Source: Mobula hypostoma
Taxonomy: Eukaryota
NCBI RefSeq assembly: GCF_963921235.1
Contig: NC_086097.1
Coordinates: 28,770,001 to 28,834,000, forward strand
Length of the DNA stretch: 64,000 bases
Reading direction: 5' to 3'
The notes below the pieces were generated by a model. That model did no database searches. It saw only the letters and a list, made by a program, of their open reading frames with translations, and was not told the DNA's origin. Of the stretch, positions 39,717 through 52,640 are shown one piece after another; position 1 is the first letter of the stretch; every line of letters starts with the position of its first letter. Position numbers and translations under genes: made by a program.

Positions 39717-42700
39717 CAGGGGTGTCAAACTACCGGCCTCCGAAGGGGTCCAATCTGGCCCGCGGGATGTTTTGGGGGGGAAAAAAGTATACTCACGACC
39801 ATTTATTATGTATCTGTACGGCAGCCACTCTCTCTTCTACTGGTGTCTGTGTTGCCTGCTGCGTCGACAGCTTGTTGTGTGTACTTAGAAAACAATAGGC
39901 AGCAGTTAACCACCCGCTGTGCATAAGCACCTACCACCCTACACTGAAGACCACTAGGGCTCCACTTACGTCATCAGACACAGTGTAAACACACAGAGTA
40001 CTCAGGTAAGTAACACCTGAAGCAAGGCTGAGACGGTTTGCTGCAGTGGTTCAAAATGCTTTCCAAGAAAAGAAAAGTTGACATCGAAGGTCGGATATTC
40101 AACGATAATTGGAAAGATCGTTTTTTTCTTCTGTGAGGTCAACGGCAAACCTGTGCTTCTGATATGCTCGCAACAAGCGGCTGTGCCAAAAGAGTACAAT
40201 ATCAAACAACACTATGAGGCGTCACACGGAGAAAAATATGACAAGTATGCAGGACGACTCAGAACGCAAAAGGTAAATGAGCTTGAAGCAGCTCTGGAAA
40301 AACAGCAATCAGTGTGCACCAAAAGTCGAGAGACTCATGATGGAGCTGTCAAGGCCAGCTATATTATTGCCAACAAAATAGCTGCTGCGTCGAAGCCATA
40401 CTCAGAGGGGGAATTCATCAAAGCATGCATGCTGACGGCGGCTGAGCTGGTGTGCCCTGAGAAGAGACAAGCTTTTGGTAATATCAGCTTGTCAAGAAAT
40501 ACTGTGGCAGAGAGAATCGGGGACCTTGCAGGAGATTTGAACAGTCAACTAAAAGATAGAGTGAAGTCATTTATTGCCTTCTCTCTTGCAATTGATGAGA
40601 GCACCGATGTGACTGATGTAGCTCAAATGGGAATACTTATTGTGGTGTTGATGCATCTTTGACCGTCACCGAGGTGTTTTTGGAGATGGTGCCCATGACA
40701 AACACCACAACCACTAATGACATTTTATAGAACATAGAATAGTACAGCACAGTACAGGCCCTTCGGCCCACAATGACCTTAAACCCTGCCTCCCATATAA
40801 CCTCACACCTTAAATTCCTCCATAGTAGTCTCTTAAATTTCACTAGTGTATCTGCCTCCACCACTGACTCAGGCAGTGCATTCCACGCACCAACCACTCT
40901 CTGAGTAAAAAACCTTCCTCTAATATCCCCCTTGAACTTCCCACCCCTTACCTTAAAGCCATGTCCTCTTGTATTGAGCAGAGGTACCCTGGGGAAGAGG
41001 TGCTGGCTGTCCACTCTATCCATTCCTCTTAATATCTTGTATACCTCTATCATGTCTCCTCTCATCCTCCTTCTCTCCAAAGGATAAAGCTCTAACTCCC
41101 TTAATCTTTGATCATAATGCATACTCTCTAAACGAGGCAGCATCCTGGTAAATCTCTGCACCCTTTCCAATGCTTCCACATCCTTCCTACAGTGAGGCGA
41201 CCAGAACTGGACACAGTACTCCAAGCGTGGCCTAACCAGAGTTTTATAGAGCTGCATCATTACCTCACGACTCAAACTCTATCCCTCGACTTATGAAAGC
41301 TATCACCCCATAAGCTTTCTTAACTACCCTATCTACCTGTGGACTTTCAGGGATCTGTGGACATGTACCCCCAGATCCCTCTGCTCCTCCACACTACCAA
41401 GTATCCTGCCATTTACTCTGTACTCTGCCTTGGAGTTTGTCCTTCCAAAGTGGACCACTTCACACTTCTCGGGGTTGAACTCCATCTGCCACTTCTCAGC
41501 CCACTTCTGCATCCTATCAATGTCTCTCTGCAATCTTTGACAATCCTCTACACTATCCACAACACCACCAACCTTTGTGTCGTCTGCAAACTTGCCAACC
41601 CACCCCTCTACCCCCACATCCAGGTCATTAATTAAAATCATGAAAAGTAGAGGTCCCAGAACAGATCCTTGTGGGACACCACTAGTCACAACCCTCCAAT
41701 CTGAATGTACTCCCTCCACCACGATCCTCTGCTTTCTGCAGGCAAGTCAATTCTGAATCCACCTGGCCAAACTTCCCTGGATGCCTTCTGACTTTCTGAA
41801 TAGGACTACCATGTGGAACCTTGTCAAATGCCTTACTAAAATCCATATAGATCACATCCACTGCACTATCCTCAACTATATGCCTGGTCACCTCCTCAAA
41901 GAACTCTATTAGGCTTGTTAGACATGATCTACCCTTCACAAAGCCATGCTGATTGTCCCTGATCAGACCATAATTCTCTAAATGCCCATAGATCCTATCT
42001 CTAAGGATCTTTTCCAACAGTTTTCCCACCACAGACGCAAGACTCACTGGTCTATAATTACCTGGACTATCCCTACTACCTTTTGTGAACAAGGGGACAA
42101 CATTCGCCTCCCTCCAATCCTCCGGTACCATTCCCGTGGACAACAAGGACATAAAGATCCTAGCCAGAGGCTCAGCAATCTCTTCCCTCGCCTCGTGGAG
42201 CAGCCTGGGGAATATTCCCTCAGGCCCCGGGGACTTATCTGTCCTGATGTATTTTAACAATTCCAACACCTCCTCTCCCTTAATATCAACATGCTCCAGA
42301 ATATCAACCTCACTCATATTGTCCTCACCGTCATCGTTCCCTCTCATTGGTGAATACTGAAGAGAAGTATTCTCATTGAGGACCTCGCTCACTTCCACAG
42401 CGTCCAGGCACATCTTCCCACCTTTATCTCTAATCAGTCCTACCTTCACTTCTGTCATCCTTTTGTTCTTCACATAATTGAAGAATGCCTTGGGGTTTTC
42501 CTTTACCCTACTCGCCAAGGCCTTCTCATGCCCCCTTCTTGCTCTCCTCAGCTGCTTTTTAAGCTCCCTTCTTGCTACCTTATATTCCTCAATAGACCCA
42601 TCTGTTCCTTGTTTCCTAAACCTCATGTATGCTGCCTTCTTCCACCTGACTAGCTTTTCCACCACACGTCACCCATGGTTCCTTCACCCTATCATTCTTT

Positions 42701-45044
42701 ATTTTCCTCACCAGGACAAATTTATCCCTAACCTCCTGCAAGAGATCCCTAAACATCAACCACATGTCCATAGTACATTTCCCTGCAAAAACATCATCCC
42801 AATTCACACCCACAAGTTCTAGCCTTATAGCCTCATAATTTGCCCTTCCTCAATTAAAAATGTTCCTGTGCTCTCTGATTCTATCCTTTTCCATGATAAT
42901 GCTAAAGGCCAGGGAGCGGTGGTCACTGTCCCCCAGATGCTCACCCACTGAGAGATCTGTGACCTGACACGGTTTGTTACCTAATACTAGATTTAGTATG
43001 GCATTCCCCCTGGTCAGCCTGTCCACATACTGTGACAGGAATCTGTCCTGGACACACTTAACAAACTCTGCCCCACCTAAACCCTTGGAACTAATCAGGT
43101 ACCAATCAATATTAGGGAAGTTAAAGTCACCCATGATAACAACCCTGTTATTTTTGCACCTTTCCAAAATCTGCCTCCCAATCTGCTCCTCTGTATCTCT
43201 GCTGCTACCAGGGGAACTATAGAATACCCCCAATAGAGTAACTGCTCCCTTCCTGTTCCTGACTTCCACCCATATTGACTCAAAAGAGGATCCTGCTACA
43301 TTACCCACCCTTTCTGTAGCTGTAATAGTATCCTTGAACAGTAATGCCACCCCTCCTCCCCTTTTTCTGCCCTCTCTATCCCTTTTAAAGCACTGAAATC
43401 CAGGAATATTGAGAATCCATTCCTGCCCTGGTGCCAGCCATGTCTCTGTAATGGCCACTACATCATAATTCCATGTATGTATCCAAGCTCTTAGTTTATC
43501 ACCTTTGTTCCTGATGCTTCTTGAATTGAAGTACACGCACTTTAGCCCTTCTACCTTAACACCCTTTATTCTGCTTCTCTTTCCTCAAAGCCTCTTTATA
43601 TGTTAGATTTGGCTTTACTCCATGCACTTCTTCCACTGCTCTATCGCTCCTGGTCCCACCCCCCCTTGCAAATTAGTCTAAACCCTCTCGAACCATGCTA
43701 GCAAACCTACCTGCAAGGATATTGCTCCTCCTCGAGTTCAGGTGCAACCCATCCAATCTGTACGGGTCCCACCTTCCCCAGAAGAGATTCCAATGATCCA
43801 AAAATCTAAAACCCTGCCCCCTGCACCAACTCCTCAGCCACGCATTCAACTGCCATCTCTTCTAATTCTTACCATCACTATCACGTAGCACGTAGTTTTC
43901 TCCAGCCTTGTTGAGGCCTTGGACAGACTGGGGGTTGACTGGAGTCACAGTGTCAGCGTGGCAACAGATGGCACACCGTACATGGCCGGGAAAAAGGCAG
44001 GTGTTGTTGTGAAACTCAGAGAGAAAATTCAGACAGAGAACCCAGAGCAGGAATTCTGGAATCTTCATTGTATTATAAACCAAGAGGCGTTATGTAGCAG
44101 GAGCCTGAAAATGGACAATGTCATGGATGTAGCAATCAAAACGGTTAATTTTATTAGAGCCAAGGGACTCAACCATTGGCAATTTGACACTCTTTTGTCC
44201 GAAAGTAATACTGGATACGGCCTACCCTACCACACTGAAGTCCACTTGTTGAGCAGAGGGGTTGTGCTCAAACGTTTTTTTCAATTACGTGCGGAAATTG
44301 GATTATTCATGAATGAGAAAGGGAAGCCAGTGGCAGAGTTGGATGACCCACACTGGCTTCATGATCATGCATTTTTGGTGGATATAACAGAGCACTTAAA
44401 TGTGCTTAATGTTAACATGCAAGGCCGCAACAAACTTGTTACGGAATACTACAACAGTATTCGTGCCTTTCAAATTAGGTCTGTGAGAGATGCAACTATC
44501 CCAGAGCAACCCAGCTCATTTCCCCTCTTTGTAGGCTGTGCGTGTCACTCATGGGAATAATGACAACATGGACAGGTACAAGGACAAAATACCATGACTG
44601 AAAAGTGAGTTTCAGAATCGTTTCCGAGTCTTCACTCAGCTCGAGAAGGAATTCTCACTATTTTGTTCGCCGTTTCGTTAGGTCTACATTTGTGTCTGCT
44701 AATGTTCGATTTCAAATGGTTTATTAATGGAAAGGGTGTGGCTCCCAAAACAATCTTAGCCAAAATAGCATCGTTTTTTCTCTCTCTCATCACAACTTTA
44801 TTGTAGCCTATGACTGCAAGTTAATACCAATCATAAAAATAATGCTTGTTAGGCAACCTTCTTCATGAGAAATGAAATTCGTAAAGTGAAACACTTTGTA
44901 GTTATAGCAGAGATTGAGACACATAAGAGCAGGTTGAAAAAACGAAGGCAACGAAAGCTGTGGGGACACGCGCGCGTGCACAACTGATCCAGCCCGCATT
45001 TTGCCCAATCCGGCCCGTGACCTAAAATGAGTTTGACACCCCTG
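39717..45044 (+). mobile_element. hAT (Buster/Charlie, GTF2IRD2/SPIN-like) DNA transposon, transposase split by a CR1
   Basis: Perfect 15-bp TIR CAGGGGTGTCAAACT (39717-31 / 45030-44); transposase from ATG 40056 with zinc-finger-like LICSQQ..KQHYEASH, SLAIDESTDVTDVAQ, ATDGTPYM, HCIINQEALC, LPYHTEV; 8-bp target AGTTAACT. Confidence 0.95.
40727..43895 (-). mobile_element. CR1 LINE with ORF1 C-terminus (esterase-like) and near-complete frameshifted ORF2 (APE endonuclease + RT)
   Basis: ORFs 42850..43536 (AITETWL, MGDFNFP, SDH), 41682..42665, 41333..41722 (FADD), 40637..41275; LNAWLRSWC..DGLHLN at about 43680-43860; TTTT duplicated at 40723-26 and 43896-99. Confidence 0.96.
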
Positions 45045-45172
45045 ACACGAGGAAATCTGCAGATGCTGGAAATTCAAGCAACACACACAAAAACTCCTGG
45101 TGGAACACAGCAGTCCAGGCAGTATCTATAGGAAGAGGTACAGTCGACATTTCAGGAAGGGTCCCGGCCTTG
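45045..45172 (-). mobile_element. Short Penelope-terminal insertion between the hAT right TIR and its TSD
   Basis: ACACGAGGAAATCTGCAGATGCTGG..GTCGACATTTCAG | GAAGGGTCCCGGCCT, then AGTTAACT at 45173-80. Confidence 0.85.
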
Positions 45173-46469
45173 AGTTAACTACGGTGTCATGGACCACACA
45201 TAGCCAAGGAGATAAGATTTACTTTCCCAAAAGGACATTAATAAATGAGATTAGCTTTTTTGACAATCCAGAATTCTCATTCATTGTCAATGATATTTGC
45301 TTTTTAATTCACAAGTTACTTAGCTTCTTGGAACTGTTGGGATTTTATACTCTCCAGAGTATATTTGGACAAGGACTCAGACATCAGGCCTCAGGATGCA
45401 TTACTGTATTCCAAGAATTCCCCGTAATAGACTTCACTGGAACAAAACATGGATAAGGGAAGACTGCAGAGAGGGTGGGGGTGAGGCAGTATTGTTTTTT
45501 ATATACATAGATATGGGAGGAGAGTTCAAATAATCAACTTTAAATAGTTATCATCTTTTACTCATCTTTTAAAATGTTTCAGCTTCTGAATGCCAAATAG
45601 CAAACTTCAGTATTCCTGAAGTTGAATGGGGCAACCCCAAAACAGGATATCAAAATTCTCGATGCCATATTAATAGAAATACAAGACTACTACATAGTTA
45701 TCATATAACAATAAGACATACAACAGCACATCTTATGACGACTGGTTGAGCGAGCTGGGGATTTCTCTTTGGAACAAAGGAGTTTGAGAGGTGACTTGAC
45801 AGAGGTGTACAAGATGATAAGAGGCATACAGTTACAAGAAAAAGTTTGTGAACCCTTTGCAATTTCCTGGTTTTCTGCATTTACTCATAAAATGTGGTCT
45901 GATCTTCATCTAAGTCATAACAATAGACAAACACAATCTGCCTAAAACAATAACACACAAACAATTGCACTTTTCATGTCTTTATTGAACATTGTTTAAT
46001 CATTCACAGTCCAGGTTGGAAAAAAGTACGTAAACCCTAGTATTTAATAACTGGTAGAACCTCCTTTAGCAGCAATAACCTCGACAAAATGTTTCCTGTA
46101 GCTGTTGATCAGACTTGCACCACGGCAAGGAAGAATTTTAGACCATTCCTTCATACAAAACTGGTTCAGTTCATCAATATTCCTGGGATACCTTGCATGA
46201 ACAGCCCTCTTCAGGTCATGCCACGGCATCTCAATTGGGTTAAGGCCTAGACTCTGACTTGGCCATTCCAAAACACGGAATTTTCTTCTTTTTAAAACAG
46301 CTTGTTGTTGATTTACTCTTGTGTTTCGGATCATTGTTTTGTTGCATCATCCAACTTCTATTAAGCTTCAGGCTGCATTCTCCTGTCTTCATAAAATTTT
46401 GAATTCATTGTTCCCTCAAAAAAATGCAAGCTGTCCAGGCCCTGAGGCAGCAAAGTAGTTCCAAACCAT

Positions 46470-46600
46470 AAACACGAGGAAATCTGCAGATGCTGGAATT
46501 TCAAGCAACACACATAAAAGTTGCTGGTGAATGCAGCAGGCCAGGCAGCATCTCTGGGAAGAGGTACAGTCGACGTTTCGGGCCGAGACCCTTCGTCAGG
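46470..46600 (-). mobile_element. 131-bp Penelope-terminal insertion with 5-bp TSD, 5' end at the hammerhead
   Basis: ACCAT at 46465-69 and 46601-05; sequence nearly identical to 24806-24935. Confidence 0.9.
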
Positions 46601-46603
46601 ACC
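46568..46603 (-). ncRNA. Minimal type I hammerhead ribozyme motif
   Basis: Minus: GGTC-CTGACGA-AGGGTCTCGGCCC-GAAA-CG-TC-GACT; stem II GGGU-cucg-GCCC. Confidence 0.78.
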
Positions 46604-46681
46604 ATGATGCTCCTTCCACCATGCTTCACAGTTGGGAGGAGGTTTTGGTGTTGGTGTGCAGTGCCTTTTTTCCTCTAAATA

Positions 46682-48724
46682 CAAGTTTCCCCCGCTATCC
46701 GAAGGTAGAGCGTTCCTATGAAACAGTTCGTAAGCCGGAATGTTGTAAAGTGAATAAGCAATTACCATTTATTAATATGGGAAAAATTTTTGAGTGTCCC
46801 CAGACCCAAAAAATAACCTACAAAATCATGCCAAATAACACACAAAATCTAAAATAACAGTAACATATAGTAAAAGCAGGAATGATATGATAAATACACA
46901 GCCTATAAAAGTTAGAAATACTTTTCTGCAAATTGCAGCACTGTCTAGCGCAGCAAAAATCTCACAGCAGCAGCACTCTCAGTGGAAGCGCTCTCGGCAG
47001 AAACATTCTCTCCAGTAACCTTTAAGCTATGAAGCTGCCAAATCATACCAAATAACACGTAAAAATACACAGCCTATATAAAGTAGAAATAACATATTGT
47101 AGCGATGTGCTACACACAGCGCTAGAATAACCACACGGAGTCGGTGAGTTGGAGTTGCGATGAAAGAGGTTTATTCAAACTTCGCGGCCCGCTTTAAAGC
47201 CTTCCCGTTCCCGCCCTTTTTGCTGCCCGCCGTTTCGTGAGCCGGTTCGTGGGTGTCAGAAAGTGGGTCGCCACAATATGTACAGTTTCACTTACCGGAA
47301 TCGGGAAGACACAGTTTCCTCCAAACGCCATTTCTCATCAAGACTGTTAGCCTATCGAGAGCATCTCCAATGTTGGCAATTTTATATTGTATTCTATCCC
47401 GATCTCTCACAAAGACGCTTCGGAGTTGTCCTCACGTTTTGCGTATAGTAAGCCTTAACTGTGGCTATTAGGCCTTGGTCGCATGGCTGCAGCAACGATG
47501 TCGTATTTGGCGGTAAGAACGCAACACGAATGTTACCTCCATATTCGGTAATGCCAGGCGGATGAGCAGCACAATTATTGACAATCACAAGGCACCTATT
47601 AGCGAGATTATTTTCTCTACAGTATTTTTCAACAAAAGGACTAACGTATCCACTCATGTACTCAGAAAAAAGCACTTGGGTATTCCGACCACTTGGATGT
47701 GAACAGAACACAATGGGAAGTGTTTTCTTATCAACGTCTTTAAGTACCCTCGGATTTTCTGAATGATACACTAGTAGAGGCTTAAGGACAGCATCACCAT
47801 TGGCGTTAATAATAGGCATTAGGGTAAACCTGTCCTTCGATGCCTTGTGTCCCTTAGCCTGCTTTTCTTCTATCGAAATAAATGTCTTGCTTGGCAATTT
47901 TTTCCAATAAATTGCAGTTTCGTCACAGTTAAACACTTGCTTATACAAATAACCACCTTCTATAATTATTTTCTTCAGTTCTGCTGGGAGCTTTTCGGCA
48001 GCTTCAGTATCAGCCGAAGCACTCTCTCCAGTAAATGTTAAACTATGAAGCTGAACCCACCTAAGAAACCGATCAAACCACCCATGACTACCCTTAAGTT
48101 CCACTTTCGCAACACTTTCATCACCATCCTCCAGTGCTTTCTGTTTCAGCTTATTAAAAAGACTGACTGATTTCTCCTTAAGTATAAGAAAACTTAACGG
48201 AACACCACGCTTTGTACACCCATCAATCCACTCCAGCAAAAGACTTTCCACGTTATCCATTATTGGATGCCGACTAAGAGAGACCACTTTGCTACGAGCA
48301 GAACCAACAGTAACATCGGCAGCTTTCAAAATTCTTTCTCTCTGCATATAAATAGTGCGAATGGTGGACGCAGGCAAGTTCAATGCACGGACAATGTCCT
48401 TACTTCGTTCACCACGATCGAAACGCTTAAATTATGTCTAGTTTTATGCTAAGTGTAACACCCTTACGAGCTCTTTTAGGTTTTTCTGATACCTTAAAAC
48501 TCATCTTGCTAACGAATGCACAAAATAAATCGAGATAAAGCACGTGTTTAAGCAATGCCGGCTAGAATGCAGTTCTGGGGGAGGAGCTTGGCTGTTCGGG
48601 GCGCGCTCTGCCTTTTTTCATAACAGTGAAAACACCTTCTGTTAGCGAAAACAGGTAACTAATGTAGGTCTTTCGTAACAGCGAGGTGTCGTAAAGCAGA
48701 CGTTTGGAAAATGGGGGCCACCTG
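46682..48724 (-). mobile_element. Tigger/pogo DNA transposon (TIGD1-like CENP-B HTH + DDE transposase, inactivated)
   Basis: ORF 47394..48383 (KGSHGWFDRF, VFNCDETAIYWKKLP, FLPPNTTSLLQPCDQG); likely start ATG 48504 with a frameshift; second catalytic Asp appears as Asn (VNNCAAH); imperfect TIRs; TA at 46680-81 and 48725-26. Confidence 0.93.
47098..47275 (-). mobile_element. Solo LTR (Gypsy-like), 178 bp
   Basis: TGTAGCGA...TCGCCACA termini (7/8 inverted), ATAT TSD at 47094-97 and 47276-79, minus-strand TTTAAA then AATAAA; CpG-rich. Confidence 0.8.
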
Positions 48725-49574
48725 TATAGAGGTGTGCATTTCTGTCAAGAAGTTCAACTTTTGTCTCATCTGTCCACAGAATATTTTCCCAGAAGCACTG
48801 TGGAACATCCAGGTGGTCTTTTGCAAACTTGAGAGATGAAACAATTTTTTTTTTTGGAGAACAGTGGTTTCCTCTATGGTACCCTTCCATGAACAGCATT
48901 CTTGTTCAGTGTTTTCCTTATAATGGATATGTCAACAGAGACTAGCAAGTTCTAGAAGTATTTTGCTGTTACCCCTGGGTTCATTTTCACCTCCTTCAGC
49001 ATTGCACATTGTGCTCTTGGTGTGAATTTTGCAGGATGCCCACTCCTAGGGAGAATAGCAACAGTACTGAATTTCCTCCATTTGTAGACAATTTCTGTTA
49101 CTGTGGACCGCTGAATGCTCAGGTCTTTAAAAATGCTTTTGTAGCCTTTTTCAGCTTCGTGCATCTCTACAATTCTTCTTCTCAGGTCCTCTGAAAGTTG
49201 TATTGATTGAGGCATCGTGCACATAAACAGATCTTTCTTGAGAAGAGCAGGTTCTGTCAGTAACCAGACTTTGTGTTTTTTTTTTATATAGGACAGGGCA
49301 CCTCTGCCACCCATACTATCAATCTCATTTCATTGATTGGAACCACCTGACTGCAAATAGCCTTTGTAGAAGGCATTGCCCCAGACCTTCAAATACTTTT
49401 TCGAACCTAGACTGTGATTGTTTAAATGGTATACTTCGTATTGACGAAAAGTATAACTCTTTGTGTATTATTAGTTTAGGCATATTGTATTTATCTATTA
49501 TTGTGACTTACATGAAGATCAGATCCCATTTTAAGAGTAATTAATGCAAAAAAATGTAATTGCAGAAGGTTATC

Positions 49575-52460
49575 CCATAAGACATGGGAGCAGATTAGGC
49601 CATTTGACCCATCGAGTCCGCTCCGCCATTCAATCCTGGCTGATCCTTTTTTCATCACCTCAGCCCCACTCCTCTGCCCCTGCCTGTAACCTTTAATGTC
49701 ATGGCCAATCGAGAACCTATAAATCTTTGCCTTAAATACACCCAAAGACCTGGCCTCCACAGCCGTCTGTGGTATCAAATCCCACAAATTCACCATCCTC
49801 TATCCTGAGACTGTACCCTCTTGTCTTAAGACTCCTCCACCATGGGAAACAGTGTCTCTACTCTGTCTCGGCCTTTCAACATTTGAAAGGTTTCAATGAG
49901 ACCCCTCTCATCCTTCTCATTTCCAATGAATACAGACCCAAAGCCATCAAACGTTCCTCATATGATAACCCTTTCATTCCTGGAATCATCTTTGTGAACC
50001 TCGTCTGAACCCTCTCCAAAGCCAGCATATCTTTTCCTGGATAAGGAGCCCAAAACTGTTCACAATACTCAAGGTGAGGCCTCACCAGTCCCTTATAAAG
50101 CCCCAGCATCACATCCCTGCTTTTATATTCTAGACCTCTTGAAATGAATGGTAACACTGTATTTGCCTTCCTCACCACTGACTCTATTTGCCACTCAACC
50201 TTTAGAGTGTTCTACACATGGACTCCCAAGTCCCTTTGCATCTCAGAATTTTTGATTTTCTCCCTGTTTAGAAAACAGTCTACACATTTATTTCTTCTAC
50301 CCCAAAGTGAATGCCCATGAATTTTCCAACATTGTATTTCATTTGCCACTTTCTTGCCCAGTCTCCTTATTTGCAAACTTGGCAACAAAGCCAACTATTC
50401 CATCATCTAAATCATTGATATACAGCATAAAAAGCAGTTCCAATATCAACCCCTGTGGACCACCACTAGTCACTGGCAGCCAACCAGAAAAGGACCCTTT
50501 TATTCCCACTCGCTGCCTCCTACCAATCAGCCAGTGTCCTAACCATGCCAGTAACTTCCTTGTAGTACCATAGGCTCTTAACTTGGTAAGCAGCCTCATG
50601 TGTGGCACTTTGTCAAAGGCCTTCTGAAAACCCAGATATACAACATCTACTGCATCCCTTTTATCTATCCTACTTGTAATCTCTTCAAAGAATTCCAACA
50701 GGTACGTCAGGTAAGATTTTCCCTTAAGAAAACCAACTTTGTCCCATCTTGTCCTGCGTCATCAAGTACTCTAATATCTCATCCTTAACAATCGACTCCA
50801 CCATCTTCCCAACCACTGAGGTCAGGCTAACTGATCTAAAATTTCCTTTCTGCTGTTTCCTCTTTTCTTTAAGAGTGGAAGGACTCTCCCCAGTTGCAAT
50901 TTCCCAGTCCTTCAGAACCATGCCAGAGTCCAATGATTCTTGAAAAATCATTACTAATGCCTCCACAATCTCTACTGCTAACTCTTTTAGAACCCCATGG
51001 TGCAGTTCATTTAGTCCGGTGACTTATGCACCTTAGGTCTTTCAGCTTTTTTGAGCACCTTCTCCCTTGTAATAGTAACTACACTCACTTCTCTTCCCTC
51101 ACACCCTTCAACACCTGGCACACTGCTGGTGTCTTCCACAGTGAAGACCGATGCAACAAACTTATTTAGTTCATCTGCCATCTCTTTGTCCCACGTTATC
51201 ATTCCTCTGGCCTCATTTTCTAGTGGCCCTATATACACTCTCATCTCTCTTTTTTAAAAGAATATACACTTGAATAAAGCTTTGATTTTGTTTGCTAGCT
51301 TGCTTTCATATTTCATCTTTTCTCTCCTAATGATTTTTTTTTAGTTGCTTCCTGTAGGTTCTTAAAAGCTTCCCAATCTTCTACCTTCCCACTTACTTTT
51401 GCTTTGTTGTATGCTCTATCTTTTGCTTTTACATTAGCTTGGACTTCCCTGGTCAGTCACAGTCATACTATTTTGCCATTTGAATATTTCTGTGTTTTTG
51501 GAATACATCTATCCTGCACCTTCCTCATTTCCCCCCAGAAACTCGCACATTGCTGCTCTGCTGTCATCCCTGCCAGCTTCTCCTTCCAATTTACTTTGGC
51601 CAACTCCTCTCTCATACCACTGTAATTTCCTTTACTCCACTGAAATACTGCTATGTCAGATTTTACTTTCTCCCTATCAAATTTAAAGTTGAACTGAACT
51701 CAATCACATTATGATCACTGTCTCCCAAGGGTTCCTTCACCTTAAGCTCCCTAATAGTCTCTGATTCATTACATGACATCCAATCCAGTATAGTTGATCC
51801 CCTGTAGGCTCAAACAACAAACTGCTCTTAAAAAAAACACATTCAACAAATTCACTCTCGAGATCCATCACCAACCTGAATTTCCAAATCTACCTACATG
51901 TTAAAATCTCACATGATTATTATAACATTGCCCCTTTGACACACCTTTTCTATTTCCCATTGAAATCTGTGGTCCACATCCCAGCTACTGTTGGGAGGCC
52001 GGTATATAACTGCCATCAGGGTCCTTTTACCCTTGCAGTTTCTTAACTCAGTCCACAAGGGTTCAACATCTTCCAATCCTATTTCACATTTTTCTACTGA
52101 TTTGATGCCATTCTTTACCAGCAGAGCCAGACCACCCCTCTGTCTACCTTCCTACCCCTCTGATACAATGTGTAACTATGGACATTCAGCTCCCAACTAC
52201 AACTATCCTTCAGCCACAATTCAGTGATGGCCACAACATCATACCTGACAATCTGTAACAGTGCAACAACATCATCCACCTTATTTCTTATACTCCGTGC
52301 ATTGAGATATTACCCTTTTTGATTCTGCATCCCTAATACACTGATACTCATCCCGCTGGGTGCAATTTTGTCTTTTCATCTGCCTGCCCTTCCTGACTGT
52401 ACGCTCTCTTTGCGTTTTTTTTACCAACCGGCCTGTACTGTGTCCCTTCATTCCCGTTCT
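49575..52460 (-). mobile_element. CR1 LINE (second family, decayed ORF2) inserted in the Tc1 terminal repeat
   Basis: ORFs 49876..50178, 50339..50698 (FQKAFDKVPH), 50724..50966, 51011..51244; 5' boundary approximate. Confidence 0.9.
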
Positions 52461-52596
52461 TGTTCTTGCAACCGTAGACAGAGTAGATTTATTTCTCCCC
52501 ATGGAAGAAATGGCTAATATTAGGGAGTATAATTTCAAGCTGACTGGAGGAAAGCATGCGGGGGGGGGTGGGTGGAGGATGTCAGAGATTTTAAAA

Positions 52597-52633
<37 letters not shown>

Positions 52634-52640
52634 CATACAG
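52597..52640. repeat. (CA)n(TA)n compound microsatellite within the host CR1 fragment 52477-52840
   Basis: ACACACACACACACACATATATATATATATATATATACATAC. Confidence 0.9.

Larger units (their letters stand above)
45829..52474 (-). mobile_element. Tc1 DNA transposon (same family as 13974-16699) hosting Penelope, Tigger and CR1 insertions; itself inserted in a CR1 fragment
   Basis: TA|CAGTTACAAGAAAAAGTTTG ... TTCTTGCAACCG|TA; transposase pieces MPQSIQLSEDLRRRIVEMHEA (48952..49314), LWTDETKVEL, WPSQSLGLNPIE..KGGSTSY; flanks GAGGCATA / GACAGAGTAGA rejoin as CR1. Confidence 0.92.

Noticed and set aside
40078..44560. GTF2IRD2/EPM2AIP1-like host gene
   Set aside because: Bounded by perfect TIRs and a TSD, frameshifted and split by a CR1.
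47394..48383. Domesticated TIGD/CENP-B-like host gene
   Set aside because: Flanked by TIRs and TA duplications, N-terminal frameshift, truncated C-terminus and apparent catalytic D-to-N change: a dead transposon copy.
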